Origin: a bacterium
GTDB lineage: Bacteria > Krumholzibacteriota > Krumholzibacteriia > LZORAL124-64-63
DNA length: 64,000 nt
Direction: 5' to 3'
NCBI GenBank assembly: GCA_031441465.1
Contig: JANOEP010000039.1
Coordinates: 32,001-96,000 of the forward strand
Part shown: in pieces, positions 9,891-19,598 of the stretch
Layout of the letters: each line of letters begins with the position of its first letter
Numbering within the stretch: position 1 is the stretch's first letter
The notes under the pieces: model-generated
What the model was told of the DNA's origin: nothing
Databases searched by the model: none
Seen by the model: the letters and a program-made list of their open reading frames with translations, nothing else
Position numbers and translations under genes: made by a program

Positions 9891-11930
9891 CTAGTCGTGG
9901 AAGGTCTCCCGGGCGGTGCGTTCGATCAGCTCGTCGTCGGCGTGTTCGCCCACGGTCACCCGCAGCAGCGGGTCGCGGGACATCGCCGCGCGGATGGCGA
10001 ACTCGGCGCCCGCGTTGCGCGCCCACGCGCGCCGCGCGATGCCGTTGTTGACGTCCCAGTTCAGCATCAGGTCCAGGCGGCGGTCGGCGTCGGCGGTGCC
10101 GTCGAGCACCAGGCCGAAGCCGCCGTTGATCACTTCGCCCCAGCCCACGCCGCCGCCGTTGTGCAGCGAGACCCAGGTGGCGCCGCGGCAGGCGTCGCCG
10201 GCGAAGTTCTGCACGGCCATGTCGGCGCACCACTGCGAACCGTCGCGGATGTTGGCCGTCTCGCGGTAGGGGCTGTCGGTGCCCGAGACGTCGTGGTGGT
10301 CGCGGCCGATGACCACCGGCGCCGACAGGCGGCCGTCGCGGATCGCCGCGTTGAAGGCGGCCGCGAGGCGGCGGCGACCCTGGTCGTCGCTGTAGAGGAT
10401 GCGGGCCTGGCTGCCCACCACCAGGTGGTTGTCCCCGGCCTGGCGGATCCAGAGCAGGTTGTCCAGGTACTGCTGGCGCGTCTCGGGCGGGGCCGCGGCG
10501 GCCAGTTCGGCGATGACCTCGGCGGCGATCCCGTCGGTCGTGGCGAGGTCGCGCGGGTCGGCGCTGGTGCAGACCCAGCGGAAGGGCCCGAAGCCGTAGT
10601 CGAAGCACATCGGTCCCATGATGTCCTCGACGTACGACGGGTAGCGGAAGGAGCCGTCGGGCTGCACGACGTCCGCCCCGGCGCGGCTCGCCTCCAGCAG
10701 GAAGGCGTTGCCGTAGTCCCAGAACCTCATGCCGCGGTCGCTGAGCGCGTTGACCGCCGCCACGTGGCGGCGCAGCGAGGCCTGCACGGCCGCCTTGAAG
10801 GCCGGCGGGTCGTCGGCCAGCAGACGGTTCCCCGCCGCGAGCGTCATCCCGGCGGGGTAGTAGCCCCCGGCGAAGGGGAGGTGCAGGCTGGTCTGGTCGC
10901 TGCCCAGTTCCACGTCGATCCCGTCGCGCACCAGGCGCTCCCAGAGATCCACGACGTTGCCCAGGTAGGCGATCGACACGGGCTGCTTCGCGGCGCGGGC
11001 CTCCGCGAGCCGGCGCAGCACGGTGTCGAGGTCCTCGTACAGCTCGTCGACCCAGCCCTGGGCGTGGCGCTTGCGCGCCGCCTCGGGGTTGACTTCCGCC
11101 ACCAGGCAGACCGCGCCGGCGATGACCGCAGCCTTGGCCTGGGCGCCGCTCATGCCGCCGAGGCCGGCCGTCACGAAGACCTTGCCGCGCAGGCCGTCCC
11201 GCCCGTCGCAGCCCAGGTACAACCGCCCGGCGTTCAGGACCGTGATCGCCGTGCCGTGCACGATGCCCTGAGGGCCGATGTACATGTAGCTGCCGGCGGT
11301 CATCTGCCCGTAGCTGGTGACGCCCAGCGCGGCCAGGCGCGCGTAGTCGTCGGGGGAGGAGTGGTTCGGGATCACCATGCCGTTGGTGACGATGACGCGC
11401 GGCGCGTCGGCGTGCGAAGGGAACAGCCCGAGCGGGTGGCCCGAGTACATGACCAGGGTCTGGTCCTCGGACATCTCGCTGAGGTACTTCATCGCGAGCA
11501 GGTACTGGGCCCAGTTCTGGAAGACGGCGCCGTTGCCGCCGTAGGTGATCAGCTCGTAGGGGTGCTGGGCGACGGCCGGGTCCAGGTTGTTCTGGATCAT
11601 GTGCATGACGGCCGCGGCCTGGCGGGTCCGGGCGGGGTACTCGTCCAGGGGCCGGGCCCGCATCGCGTAGGCGGGGCGCAGGCGGTGCATGTAGATGCGG
11701 CCGAGTTCGGCCAGCTCGCGGGCGAATTCGGGGGCCAGTTCGCCGTGCCAGGCGGCGGGGACGTAGCGCAGGGCGTTGCGCAGGGCCAGGCGTTTCCCGG
11801 CGGCGTCCAGCGGCAGCGGGCGGCGCGGCGCGCGGCTGACCGCGGGATCGACCGGCGGCGGCGGCGGCGGGGCGGTTGGCAGGCCGCGGCGGATCTGGGC
11901 CTGGAAATCCGCGGGGATCGTGGTGGCCAA
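9891..11930 (-). CDS. hutU: Urocanate hydratase (long form, 679 aa)
   Basis: YGQMTAGSYMYIGPQGIVHGT, GLGGMSGAQ, SDQTSLH, IGRDHHDVSG and HNGGGVGWG motifs; TTG start at 11930 after AGGAG. Confidence 0.93.
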   Translation of the reverse strand: MATTIPADFQAQIRRGLPTAPPPPPPVDPAVSRAPRRPLPLDAAGKRLALRNALRYVPAAWHGELAPEFARELAELGRIYMHRLRPAYAMRARPLDEYPARTRQAAAVMHMIQNNLDPAVAQHPYELITYGGNGAVFQNWAQYLLAMKYLSEMSEDQTLVMYSGHPLGLFPSHADAPRVIVTNGMVIPNHSSPDDYARLAALGVTSYGQMTAGSYMYIGPQGIVHGTAITVLNAGRLYLGCDGRDGLRGKVFVTAGLGGMSGAQAKAAVIAGAVCLVAEVNPEAARKRHAQGWVDELYEDLDTVLRRLAEARAAKQPVSIAYLGNVVDLWERLVRDGIDVELGSDQTSLHLPFAGGYYPAGMTLAAGNRLLADDPPAFKAAVQASLRRHVAAVNALSDRGMRFWDYGNAFLLEASRAGADVVQPDGSFRYPSYVEDIMGPMCFDYGFGPFRWVCTSADPRDLATTDGIAAEVIAELAAAAPPETRQQYLDNLLWIRQAGDNHLVVGSQARILYSDDQGRRRLAAAFNAAIRDGRLSAPVVIGRDHHDVSGTDSPYRETANIRDGSQWCADMAVQNFAGDACRGATWVSLHNGGGVGWGEVINGGFGLVLDGTADADRRLDLMLNWDVNNGIARRAWARNAGAEFAIRAAMSRDPLLRVTVGEHADDELIERTARETFHD

Positions 11931-12099
11931 GGCGACTCCTGCTGGTTCGGGCCGCGGGATCCGGACCGGCGGACGATAACACACGGCTGCCCCGGAGCCA
12001 ACCCGCGGCCACCCGCCCGCAGCCGTGACCGGCGGTGCTTGACCCGCGCCGTCGTCGGTGCCATCCTGCGCCGGAATCCCAACCCAACGGAGGTGGACC

Positions 12100-12645
12100 G
12101 TGAATGTCCTGATCCAACGGATGATCCGCGCCGCGCGGCTCGATCCGGCGCTGTACGAGGAAGTCGAGCACGACGGCGGCGCCACCATGCAGGCCTTGTT
12201 CGTGGTGCTGCTGACGAGCGTGGCCGCGGGCGTCGGCAACCTCGGTCTCGGCGGCGTGAACGGCCTGTTCAGCGGTCTGGTCTCCTCGGTCGTGGGCTGG
12301 GTGGTCTGGTCGGGCGTCGTCTACGTGCTGGGCACGCGGGTGCTGCCGGAGACGGGGACCGAGGCCAACCTCGGCCAGCTGCTGCGCACCCTGGGCTTCG
12401 CCTCCTCGCCCGGCCTGATCCGCGTGTTGGGCTCCATCCCCGTGCTGGGCTGGCTGGTCAGCCTGGTCGCCTTCTTCTGGATGCTCGCCGCCACCGTCGT
12501 CGCGGTGCGCCAGGCCCTGGACTACACGAGCACCGCCCGGGCCGTGCTGGTGTGCGTGCTGGGCTGGTTGGCGATGATCGCCGTCACGGTGGTGATCGGG
12601 ATGCTGTTCGGCGGGATGCCGAACCTGTCGGGCGCCGCCAACTGA
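12100..12645 (+). CDS. YIP1-family membrane protein
   Basis: LYEEVEHD...QALFVV, LLRTLGFASSP and AVRQALDY pattern; about 5 TM segments; GGAGG then GTG at 12100. Confidence 0.75.
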   Translation: MNVLIQRMIRAARLDPALYEEVEHDGGATMQALFVVLLTSVAAGVGNLGLGGVNGLFSGLVSSVVGWVVWSGVVYVLGTRVLPETGTEANLGQLLRTLGFASSPGLIRVLGSIPVLGWLVSLVAFFWMLAATVVAVRQALDYTSTARAVLVCVLGWLAMIAVTVVIGMLFGGMPNLSGAAN

Positions 12646-12659
12646 AAGGAGGGATCGCC

Positions 12660-13928
12660 GTGAAACGCTTACTCGTGATCTGCCTGCTGGCCGTGTGCGC
12701 GACGTCCGCCGCCGCCCAGCCGCCGGTCTACAAGGCCAAGTACAAGTTCCCGGTCCTGGACCAGATCGAGGCCCGCCGCGACTCCCTCAAGGCGCTGGTG
12801 TCCGAAGCGAAGGCCGCCGCCGACGCGCAGTACGCCGAGCAGGAGAAGGCCAAGAAGGACGCCGGGATGTCCCTGCGCCCGGACTGGACGGGCGTCGAGA
12901 TTCCCGCCGGCCCCGACGCCTTCAAGATCCGCCTGGCCCACCTGCCGCCCGTGGCGCAGTTCAACACCGGCTCGTGCTGGGCCTTCTCGGCGACCTCGTT
13001 CATGGAGTCGGAAGTCATCCGGCAGACCAAGCGCAACGTGAAGCTGTCGGAGATGTGGCTGGTCTACTGGGAGTACGTGGAGAAGGTGCGCCGCTGGGTG
13101 CGCGAGTACGGCCACAGCGAGGTGCAGGAGGGTTCGCAGGGTGATGCGGTCCTCGACATCTACGCCAAGTACGGGATCGTCCCCGGGGAGATCTACACCG
13201 GGGTGCCCTTCGCCGACGGCCGCCACGACCACACCGTGCTCATGGACGAGCTGACGTCCTGGCTGAAGTGGGCCGAGGACAACGGCGTCTGGGACGAGAC
13301 GCGCGTCGTGGACGGCGCCCGCGCCATCCTCGATCGCCACATGGGCCGACCGCCGGAGACCTTCTCCTGGCAGGGCCGCACGTTCAGCCCGCGCTCGTTC
13401 CTGCTGGAGGCCCTGCGGCTGGATCCCGGCGCCTACGTCACCTGCGTGTCGCGGCTGGAACAGCCGGGCGTCGCTTTCTACCAGCCCTGCCTGCTGGACG
13501 TGCGCGACAACTGGCGGCGCAAGGCCGACTACCTGAACCTGCCCCTGGACGTCTTCCGCGCCACGATCGACAAGGCGCTGCGCGCGGGCTACACCGTGGC
13601 CTTCGGCGGCGACAACTCCGAACCCGGGGTCGACGGCATGGTGAACGCGGCGATCGTCCCGCGCTGGGACATCCCCGGCGAGCTGATCGACCAGGGCAGC
13701 CGCGAATTCCGCATCGCCAACGGGCAGACCGGCGACGACCACGGCATCCACGCCGTCGGCCTGACCAGCGTGGGCGGCCGCGACTGGTACCTCGTCAAGG
13801 ACAGCAACCGCAGCTCGCGCCTGGGGGTCTACCAGGGCTACTACATGTTCGACGCGGACTACGTCGCGCTGAAGATGCTGACCGTGATGGTGCACCGCGA
13901 CATGCTCAAGGGCGTGGGGCCGCAGTAA
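12660..13928 (+). CDS. Secreted peptidase C1 (PepC/bleomycin hydrolase-like aminopeptidase)
   Basis: Signal peptide; catalytic QFNTGSCWAFS, DDHGIHAVG and WYLVKDS motifs; AGGAGG then GTG. Confidence 0.88.
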   Translation: MKRLLVICLLAVCATSAAAQPPVYKAKYKFPVLDQIEARRDSLKALVSEAKAAADAQYAEQEKAKKDAGMSLRPDWTGVEIPAGPDAFKIRLAHLPPVAQFNTGSCWAFSATSFMESEVIRQTKRNVKLSEMWLVYWEYVEKVRRWVREYGHSEVQEGSQGDAVLDIYAKYGIVPGEIYTGVPFADGRHDHTVLMDELTSWLKWAEDNGVWDETRVVDGARAILDRHMGRPPETFSWQGRTFSPRSFLLEALRLDPGAYVTCVSRLEQPGVAFYQPCLLDVRDNWRRKADYLNLPLDVFRATIDKALRAGYTVAFGGDNSEPGVDGMVNAAIVPRWDIPGELIDQGSREFRIANGQTGDDHGIHAVGLTSVGGRDWYLVKDSNRSSRLGVYQGYYMFDADYVALKMLTVMVHRDMLKGVGPQ

Positions 13929-13961
13929 TCCCCGCGCGTCCGCTCCGGGGATCCGAGAAGT

Positions 13962-13987
13962 GAGGGGGAGCCGTCGGGCTCCCCCTC
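13962..13987. terminator. Hairpin between convergent genes
   Basis: GAGGGGGAGCC-gtcg-GGCTCCCCCTC, perfect 11-bp stem. Confidence 0.65.
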
Positions 13988-14009
13988 CTCGCATCGGGGC
14001 GGGCCGGGA

Positions 14010-15170
14010 TCAGTCCAGCGGCGTCTCGACGAGCGGGGCGCCGATCCCACGCCGGGCCAGCTCCGCCAGCACACGGTCGGCGGGGATCACCAGCTCCTGG
14101 GGCTGGGCGCCGGTCGGCACCCCGCCCCGCGCCAGCAGCGCGGCGACGATCGCCGCCGGGAAGCCGGTCATCCGCATCATGGCCGTCAGGCCGGTCGCTG
14201 CGTCCTCGTGGTCGATGATCGTCATGGTGCGCCGCACGCGCCGGCCGCCGGCGACACCGTCGGCTTCCACGCGCAGCAGCACGACGTCGGGGCCGTCTTT
14301 GGGACAGGCCTGTTCGAGGCAGGTCGCCAGCACGTCGCGCGGCCGCACTTCGCCGCCGACGCCGGCCGGGCGCAGCGGCAGCGAGGAGGTCAGGCCCAGC
14401 TCGTGCAGGGGCAGGATGCGGTCGCGGTGGCCCGGGTAGCGGATCGTCTTGTAGTCGAGATCGCGCACGCGGCCGCGCAGGGTGCGCGTGAGCGTCGAGG
14501 CGCCGCCGCTGGTCTGGAAGGCTTCCAGGCGCCCGAAAGGCGGGGGGAAATCGAGGCCCTCCAGCTCCGAGAGGCCGGGCACGGTCCGCTCCTCGCCGTC
14601 CCGCAGCACCAGGCAGGGTTCGATGTACTCGTTGATCAGGCCCTGCACCGAGAACACGATCATGTAGTCGAGCGGCGGTCGGGGGCGCAGAGGCAGGCCG
14701 CCGACGCGCAGCCGCAACGCGTCGCACGCGTCCAGACCGACGGCCAGGTGGTGGCCGAGCAGGCCGGCCAGCCCCGGCGCCAGGCCGCAGTCGGGCACCA
14801 CGGAGACTCCCGAGGCGCGGGCGTCCCGGTCGCGCGCGAACTGGGACGCGACGACGTCGTTGTTGCCGCCGAGGTCCACGAAATGGGCGTGGTGCGCGAT
14901 CGCCAGGGCCGTGAGCCCGTCGTTGAACCAGTAGTTCACGGCGCTGGTGCAGACGGCCGCCTCGTCGAGCAGCGGGGCGAGCAGCACGGGGTCGGTGACG
15001 TCGCCGGCCACGGTGCGCAGGCGCGGATCGTCGAGCCAGTCCGCCAGCGCGGCCAGCGCGTCGCGATCGCGGTCCACGACGGTCAGGCCCGTCACGCCCT
15101 CGGCGTGGCGCAGCAGGTCCCAGGCGATGGCGCGGCCCTGCAGGCCGGCGCCGAGCAACAGGTGGCGCAT
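14010..15170 (-). CDS. Saccharopine dehydrogenase / lysine 6-dehydrogenase family protein
   Basis: LLGAGLQG Rossmann motif; HFVDLGGN, PDCGLAPG, GLINEY and YKTIRYPGH. Confidence 0.88.
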   Translation of the reverse strand: MRHLLLGAGLQGRAIAWDLLRHAEGVTGLTVVDRDRDALAALADWLDDPRLRTVAGDVTDPVLLAPLLDEAAVCTSAVNYWFNDGLTALAIAHHAHFVDLGGNNDVVASQFARDRDARASGVSVVPDCGLAPGLAGLLGHHLAVGLDACDALRLRVGGLPLRPRPPLDYMIVFSVQGLINEYIEPCLVLRDGEERTVPGLSELEGLDFPPPFGRLEAFQTSGGASTLTRTLRGRVRDLDYKTIRYPGHRDRILPLHELGLTSSLPLRPAGVGGEVRPRDVLATCLEQACPKDGPDVVLLRVEADGVAGGRRVRRTMTIIDHEDAATGLTAMMRMTGFPAAIVAALLARGGVPTGAQPQELVIPADRVLAELARRGIGAPLVETPLD

Positions 15171-15277
15171 GTTCGATCCTTCCGAAGGTGGGTGGGCACC
15201 GTAACACCCGGCACCGCGCCCGGCAACGCCCTGGAAATGTCGGCCCGAAAATGTCGGCGCGAGCCGCGATCCGGCCT

Positions 15278-15306
15278 TTGACGCCGACGGGGGGCGGGGT
15301 TAGACT
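15278..15306 (+). promoter_or_regulatory. Sigma70-like promoter of the fumarase genes
   Basis: TTGACG-17 nt-TAGACT; AAAGGAG RBS downstream. Confidence 0.55.
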
Positions 15307-15363
15307 CCCGGCAGCGCCCCCGGGACGGCCCGGGCGACGCCATCCAGCCGAAAAGGAGAATTC

Positions 15364-16251
15364 ATGGATGCCAAGATGCTGCAGGCGCGGCTGCTGGAAC
15401 TGATCAGACGAACCTCCTGCGATCTGCCGCCCGACGTCATCCGCGCGGTGGACAAGGGCTGGCGCCGCGAGAAGCCCGGCACCAACGCCAAGTACGCGTT
15501 CGGGGTCATCCGCGACAACATCAAGCTCGCGACCGGCAAGTCGCAGCCCCTCTGCCAGGACACCGGCACCATCATCTGCGACGTGGCGCGCCCCGACTGG
15601 GTGAGCGAGCGCGCCTTCCGCGCCGCCTTCGAGAAGGCCGTGGACGAGGCGACGCGCATCGGCTACCTGCGCCAGAACTCCGTCGACTCCATCACCGGCC
15701 GCAACTCGGGCAACAACCTCGGGCCCGGCAGCCCGGTCATCCACTTCCACGAGACGACCGCCCGGGCGCTCACGGCCAGGCTGATGCTCAAGGGCGGCGG
15801 CTGCGAGAACGTGGGCGCGCAGTACAGCCTGCCCGACACGGGCCTCGGCGCCGGCCGCGACCTCGAGGGCGTGCGCCGCTGCGTGCTGGACGCGGTCAAC
15901 AAGGCCCAGGGCAAGGGCTGCGGCCCCGGCGTGCTCGGCGTCTGCATCGGCGGCGACCGCGCGACCGGCTACGTGTCCTCGAAGGAGACGCTCCTGCGCT
16001 CCCTGGACGACGTCAACGAAGACCCCGTGCTGGCGAAACTGGAGCGCCGCCTGCTGGACGAGGCGAACACCCTGGGCATCGGCCCGATGGGTTTCGGCGG
16101 CGCCACGACCCTGCTCGGCGTCAAGATCACCGCGCGCAACCGCGTGCCGGCCTCGTTCTTCGTCTCGGTGTCCTACATGTGCTGGGCGTACCGGCGCGAC
16201 GGCTTCCAGCTGTCCGCCGCGGGCAAGATCGCCAAATGGTTGTACGACTAG
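15364..16251 (+). CDS. Class I Fe-S hydro-lyase (fumarate hydratase/tartrate dehydratase) alpha subunit
   Basis: PLCQDTG, YLRQNSV, KGGGCEN and LGIGPMGFGG motifs; C-terminal CWA. Confidence 0.9.
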   Translation: MDAKMLQARLLELIRRTSCDLPPDVIRAVDKGWRREKPGTNAKYAFGVIRDNIKLATGKSQPLCQDTGTIICDVARPDWVSERAFRAAFEKAVDEATRIGYLRQNSVDSITGRNSGNNLGPGSPVIHFHETTARALTARLMLKGGGCENVGAQYSLPDTGLGAGRDLEGVRRCVLDAVNKAQGKGCGPGVLGVCIGGDRATGYVSSKETLLRSLDDVNEDPVLAKLERRLLDEANTLGIGPMGFGGATTLLGVKITARNRVPASFFVSVSYMCWAYRRDGFQLSAAGKIAKWLYD

Positions 16252-16268
16252 CCGTCGAAAGGAACGCC

Positions 16269-16838
16269 ATGCTGCTGGAAGCCCCGTTCACCGAAGCGAA
16301 GATGCGCGCACTGAAGGTGGGCGACCTGGTGGAGATCACGGGCGTGGTCTACACCGGTCGCGACGCGGTCCACAAGTACCTGCACGAGGGCGGCAAACCC
16401 CCGGTCGACCTGCGCGACGCCATCATCTACCACTGCGGTCCCGTGGTGGTGAAGGAGGGCGGCCGCTGGGTCGTGAAGGCCGCCGGACCGACGACCTCGA
16501 TCCGCGAGGAACCCTACCAGGGTCCGCTGATGGAGCAGTACGGCCTGCGCGGGGTCATCGGCAAGGGAGGCATGGGTCCCAAGACGCTGGCCGCCTGCCA
16601 GAAGGTCGGCGCCTGCTACCTCCACGCCATCGGCGGCGCCGCGCAGGTGCTGGCCGAGTGCGTCACGGCGGTCGAAGGCGTGCACCTGATGGAGGAGTTC
16701 GGCTCGCCGGAGGCGATCTGGGTGTTCCGGGTCGTGCGCTTCCCGGCCGTGGTGACCATGGATTCCCACGGCAAGTCCCTGCACGCGAACGTGGCGTCGG
16801 CGTCGGCGGAGGCTCTGGCCCGCCTGCTGAAGCCCTAA
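16269..16838 (+). CDS. Class I Fe-S hydro-lyase beta subunit
   Basis: TGRDAVH, YHCGP, AGPTTSIR, IGKGG and EAIW...FPAVVTMDSHG motifs; adjacent to the alpha subunit. Confidence 0.9.
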   Translation: MLLEAPFTEAKMRALKVGDLVEITGVVYTGRDAVHKYLHEGGKPPVDLRDAIIYHCGPVVVKEGGRWVVKAAGPTTSIREEPYQGPLMEQYGLRGVIGKGGMGPKTLAACQKVGACYLHAIGGAAQVLAECVTAVEGVHLMEEFGSPEAIWVFRVVRFPAVVTMDSHGKSLHANVASASAEALARLLKP

Positions 16839-16881
16839 TCCCGGTACGGCAATGGCGCGGCCGACGCGCGAGGAGTGCGCC

Positions 16882-18216
16882 TTGTCCCACGACGACCCGA
16901 ACCTGCATCGATCCGCGGCGCCCGACGCCGGCGTCTTCTCCCTGGCGAGCCTGCTCGGCGTGGTGTGGCACCGCCGCTGGCTGGTGCTGGTGGTGACCGC
17001 CGCCGGCCTGGCCGTCGCCTTGCTCTACTTGGTGATCACCCGCCCGCTCTACCAGGCCTCGGCCACCGTGCGCCCCGGCATCACCAACTACACGGCCGCC
17101 TGGCAGCCGGAGCGCGGCTGGCAGCTCAAGGACCTCGTCCGCTGGTACAGCCGCGGCATGTACGGGTCGGGCGTCAAGGCGAAGCTCGGCCTGCCCGAGC
17201 GCTCGTACCGGCCCGACATCATGGCCGACTTCATCCCGCGCGGCGTCGGCACCCAGGGCGGCGACGTGGTGACCCTGACCACGCTGAGCCCGTCGCGGCA
17301 GCAGGCGAGTGCGATCCTGGAAACGTCGATCGCCCTGTTCAACGAGTACGCCGAGATCAACTCCGTGGGCAACAGCCTGTCGCTGGCCCGCAAGAGTCTG
17401 CAGAACGAGATCGACAAGCTGCAGAACGAGCGCGCCAACGTCACCATCAAGCGCGACCTGCTCAACCTGATGATCGATCGCAAGCGCCAGGAACTCGAGG
17501 GCGTGGCGATGGAACAGAAGAAGCTCGAGCTGCGGATCCAGGAGTTCCTGATCGAGGCCGACCTGCGCCAGGACAAGGCCGCCAGCCTCGACGCCCGCAT
17601 CGACGCCATGGAGAACGGCCTGCAGGAAATGGCCTACTACCTCGAGCGCATGAAGGAGAAGGAACGACTCCAGGACAGCCGCGACACGCTGCTGGTCGAG
17701 GCGCCCCCGCCCGACGCCGAGACGCCCTGGCTCCCGGACCTCATCCAGGACAAGACCTCGCTCGCGGGCCGGCTGCTGCTGAGCACGCTGGAAGCCGAGT
17801 CCTCCGTCTACGAGGACCGGCTCGAGGCCCTCGACCTGCGCTCCGCCAACCGCGTGGAGGACCTCAAGCGCCGCCAGTTGCTGCTGGAGGAGACCTACAC
17901 CCTGCGCAAGAAGGCGACCCTGCTCGAGTCCGAGATCAAGGAGATGGAGATCAACCGCGACCGCTCCCTGGAGCAGGAGCTGGTGAAGCTCGTCGACGAG
18001 GTGCGCGTCTTCCAGTCGCGGCTCGAGGTGCTGACGCCGCTGGAGCAGATCGGCACGATCATGGTCAGCGAACGGCCCGTGCGCCCGCGCAAGCTGCGCG
18101 TGCTGGGCCTGCTGACCGCCGCCGGCCTGCTGGCCGGCCTGACCCTGGCCGTCGGCTGGGACTACTTGTCGCGGCACCGCGAAGAGATCCTGCGGAACCC
18201 GGCCGCGCGGCCGTGA
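16882..18216 (+). CDS. Wzz-like polysaccharide chain-length determinant with a long coiled coil
   Basis: N-terminal TM then TRPLYQASA; central E/K/L heptad-rich region; C-terminal PVRPRK followed by a TM helix; GAGGAG then TTG start. Confidence 0.7.
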   Translation: MSHDDPNLHRSAAPDAGVFSLASLLGVVWHRRWLVLVVTAAGLAVALLYLVITRPLYQASATVRPGITNYTAAWQPERGWQLKDLVRWYSRGMYGSGVKAKLGLPERSYRPDIMADFIPRGVGTQGGDVVTLTTLSPSRQQASAILETSIALFNEYAEINSVGNSLSLARKSLQNEIDKLQNERANVTIKRDLLNLMIDRKRQELEGVAMEQKKLELRIQEFLIEADLRQDKAASLDARIDAMENGLQEMAYYLERMKEKERLQDSRDTLLVEAPPPDAETPWLPDLIQDKTSLAGRLLLSTLEAESSVYEDRLEALDLRSANRVEDLKRRQLLLEETYTLRKKATLLESEIKEMEINRDRSLEQELVKLVDEVRVFQSRLEVLTPLEQIGTIMVSERPVRPRKLRVLGLLTAAGLLAGLTLAVGWDYLSRHREEILRNPAARP

Positions 18217-19511
18217 CCCGCGGCGCCGGCCTCTGGCGCGACCTGGGTGTGCTGGCGGCCGGTCAGGGGGCGGCCCAGCTGCTGAACCTGGCGGCCCTGA
18301 TCGTGGTCGCCCGCGCCCTCGGCGGCCATTGGTTCGGCGTCCTGCAGGTGGCGGCCGCCGTTTCCGCCTACGTCCTGCTGGCCGCCGAAGCCGGTCTGTT
18401 CACCTTGGGCGTGCGGGACCTCGCCCGTCTCGATCCCCGCGATCATGCCGATCCCCGCGACCATGCCGAAGCGCGCGAACTCGTCGCGCGACGGACCGGG
18501 CTGCTGCTGCTGCTGGCGCTGGCCGCCGGCCTGCTCGGCGCCTGCCTGCTGCCCTGGTTCGGGGCCCCGCGGCAGGATCCCCGTCTGCTCTGGCTCTACC
18601 TCGCCGGCGTCCTGCCACAAGCGTTGATGACCGACTGGGTCGTGCTGGGTCTGGGCCGTCCCGCCTGGGCGGCCGCCGCCCGGACCGTCCGCAGCCTGGT
18701 GGCCGCCCTGCTCGTGCTGCTGCTCTTTGGCGGGATGGGTGAGGGGACCGGCGCCGGACTGCGCCTCTGGGCGCCGATCACCTACCTGGCGGGCTTCTTC
18801 GCCGGAAATCTGGTGGCTGCCGCAGGCGCGGCGCGCGCGCTCGGGGCGCGTCCCGTCTGGCGGCGGCCGAGTCTGCCCGGTCTGCGGCGCGATCTGGCCG
18901 CCGCCACGCCCCTCGGCGCCGCGAACCTGTTGCGCCGCGTCCTGTTCAACGTCGATCTGGTCGTCCTGGGCTTGCTGGCGACACCGGTCGAGGCCGGCCG
19001 CTACGCCGCGGCCAGCCGGCTGGCCTTCGTCCTGGTGACGGTCACCGAGTCGTCGCTGGGCGCGGTCCTGCCCAGGCTGGCTCGGCTGCACCGGCAGGGG
19101 CTGCCGGCCTATCGCCGGGGTGTGCGCCGCGTCGTGGCGAGGACCGCCCTGGCGTTCGGGATTCTCGCCGCCGCGGGGGCCCTGTTCGGCGGACCCCTGG
19201 TGCGCCGGCTGTTCGGTGCGGCGTTCGCGGGTTCGGCGTCCGTCTTCGCCGTGCTGGTGGTCGGCTACGCCGCCCTGGCTCTGGCCCTGCTGCTGCACGA
19301 GACGCTGGTGGCCGAGGATCGCCAGGCTGCCGGATTGCCGCCCCTGGTGGCCTGCGCCGTGTTGGCCGTGCTGGGGGCCGCCGTTGCCGTGCCGCTGGGG
19401 GGGGCCGTGGGCGTGGCGTGGGCCATGGCCGGCTCGCACCTGGCTTACGCGCTCTGGCTCTCGGCGTTGGCACTGGTTCCACGACGGGCGCCGCGGTGGG
19501 ATCTGCCCTAG
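18213..19511 (+). CDS. Oligosaccharide flippase (Wzx/MATE-like)
   Basis: Many TM helices; VARALG..FG, DLVVLG...GRYAAASR and LLPRL-like motifs; GTGA overlap with the upstream stop. Confidence 0.8.
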   Translation: MTRGAGLWRDLGVLAAGQGAAQLLNLAALIVVARALGGHWFGVLQVAAAVSAYVLLAAEAGLFTLGVRDLARLDPRDHADPRDHAEARELVARRTGLLLLLALAAGLLGACLLPWFGAPRQDPRLLWLYLAGVLPQALMTDWVVLGLGRPAWAAAARTVRSLVAALLVLLLFGGMGEGTGAGLRLWAPITYLAGFFAGNLVAAAGAARALGARPVWRRPSLPGLRRDLAAATPLGAANLLRRVLFNVDLVVLGLLATPVEAGRYAAASRLAFVLVTVTESSLGAVLPRLARLHRQGLPAYRRGVRRVVARTALAFGILAAAGALFGGPLVRRLFGAAFAGSASVFAVLVVGYAALALALLLHETLVAEDRQAAGLPPLVACAVLAVLGAAVAVPLGGAVGVAWAMAGSHLAYALWLSALALVPRRAPRWDLP

Positions 19512-19598
19512 CGTCCCCGGCCCGAGGCGGGTATATTCACCCCTTCGCGCGCCGCCTCGGGCGTCGCCCCCCGACCGGTCAGAAAAGGAGAGAGGCCT

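Noticed and set aside
9897..12659. 1343-aa plus-strand ORF 9897..13928
   Set aside because: Only the part from GTG 12660 is real (peptidase C1). The rest is an antisense shadow of hutU and an off-frame overlap of the YIP1 gene.
14010..15170. Saccharopine dehydrogenase plus the fused dehydratase as an alpha-aminoadipate lysine pathway
   Set aside because: The genes are 36 kb apart, both families are multifunctional and no other pathway gene is present.
18431..18469. 18-bp near-tandem duplication (DPRDHA twice) in the flippase
   Set aside because: Two copies, in frame, in a probable loop; no evidence of function.
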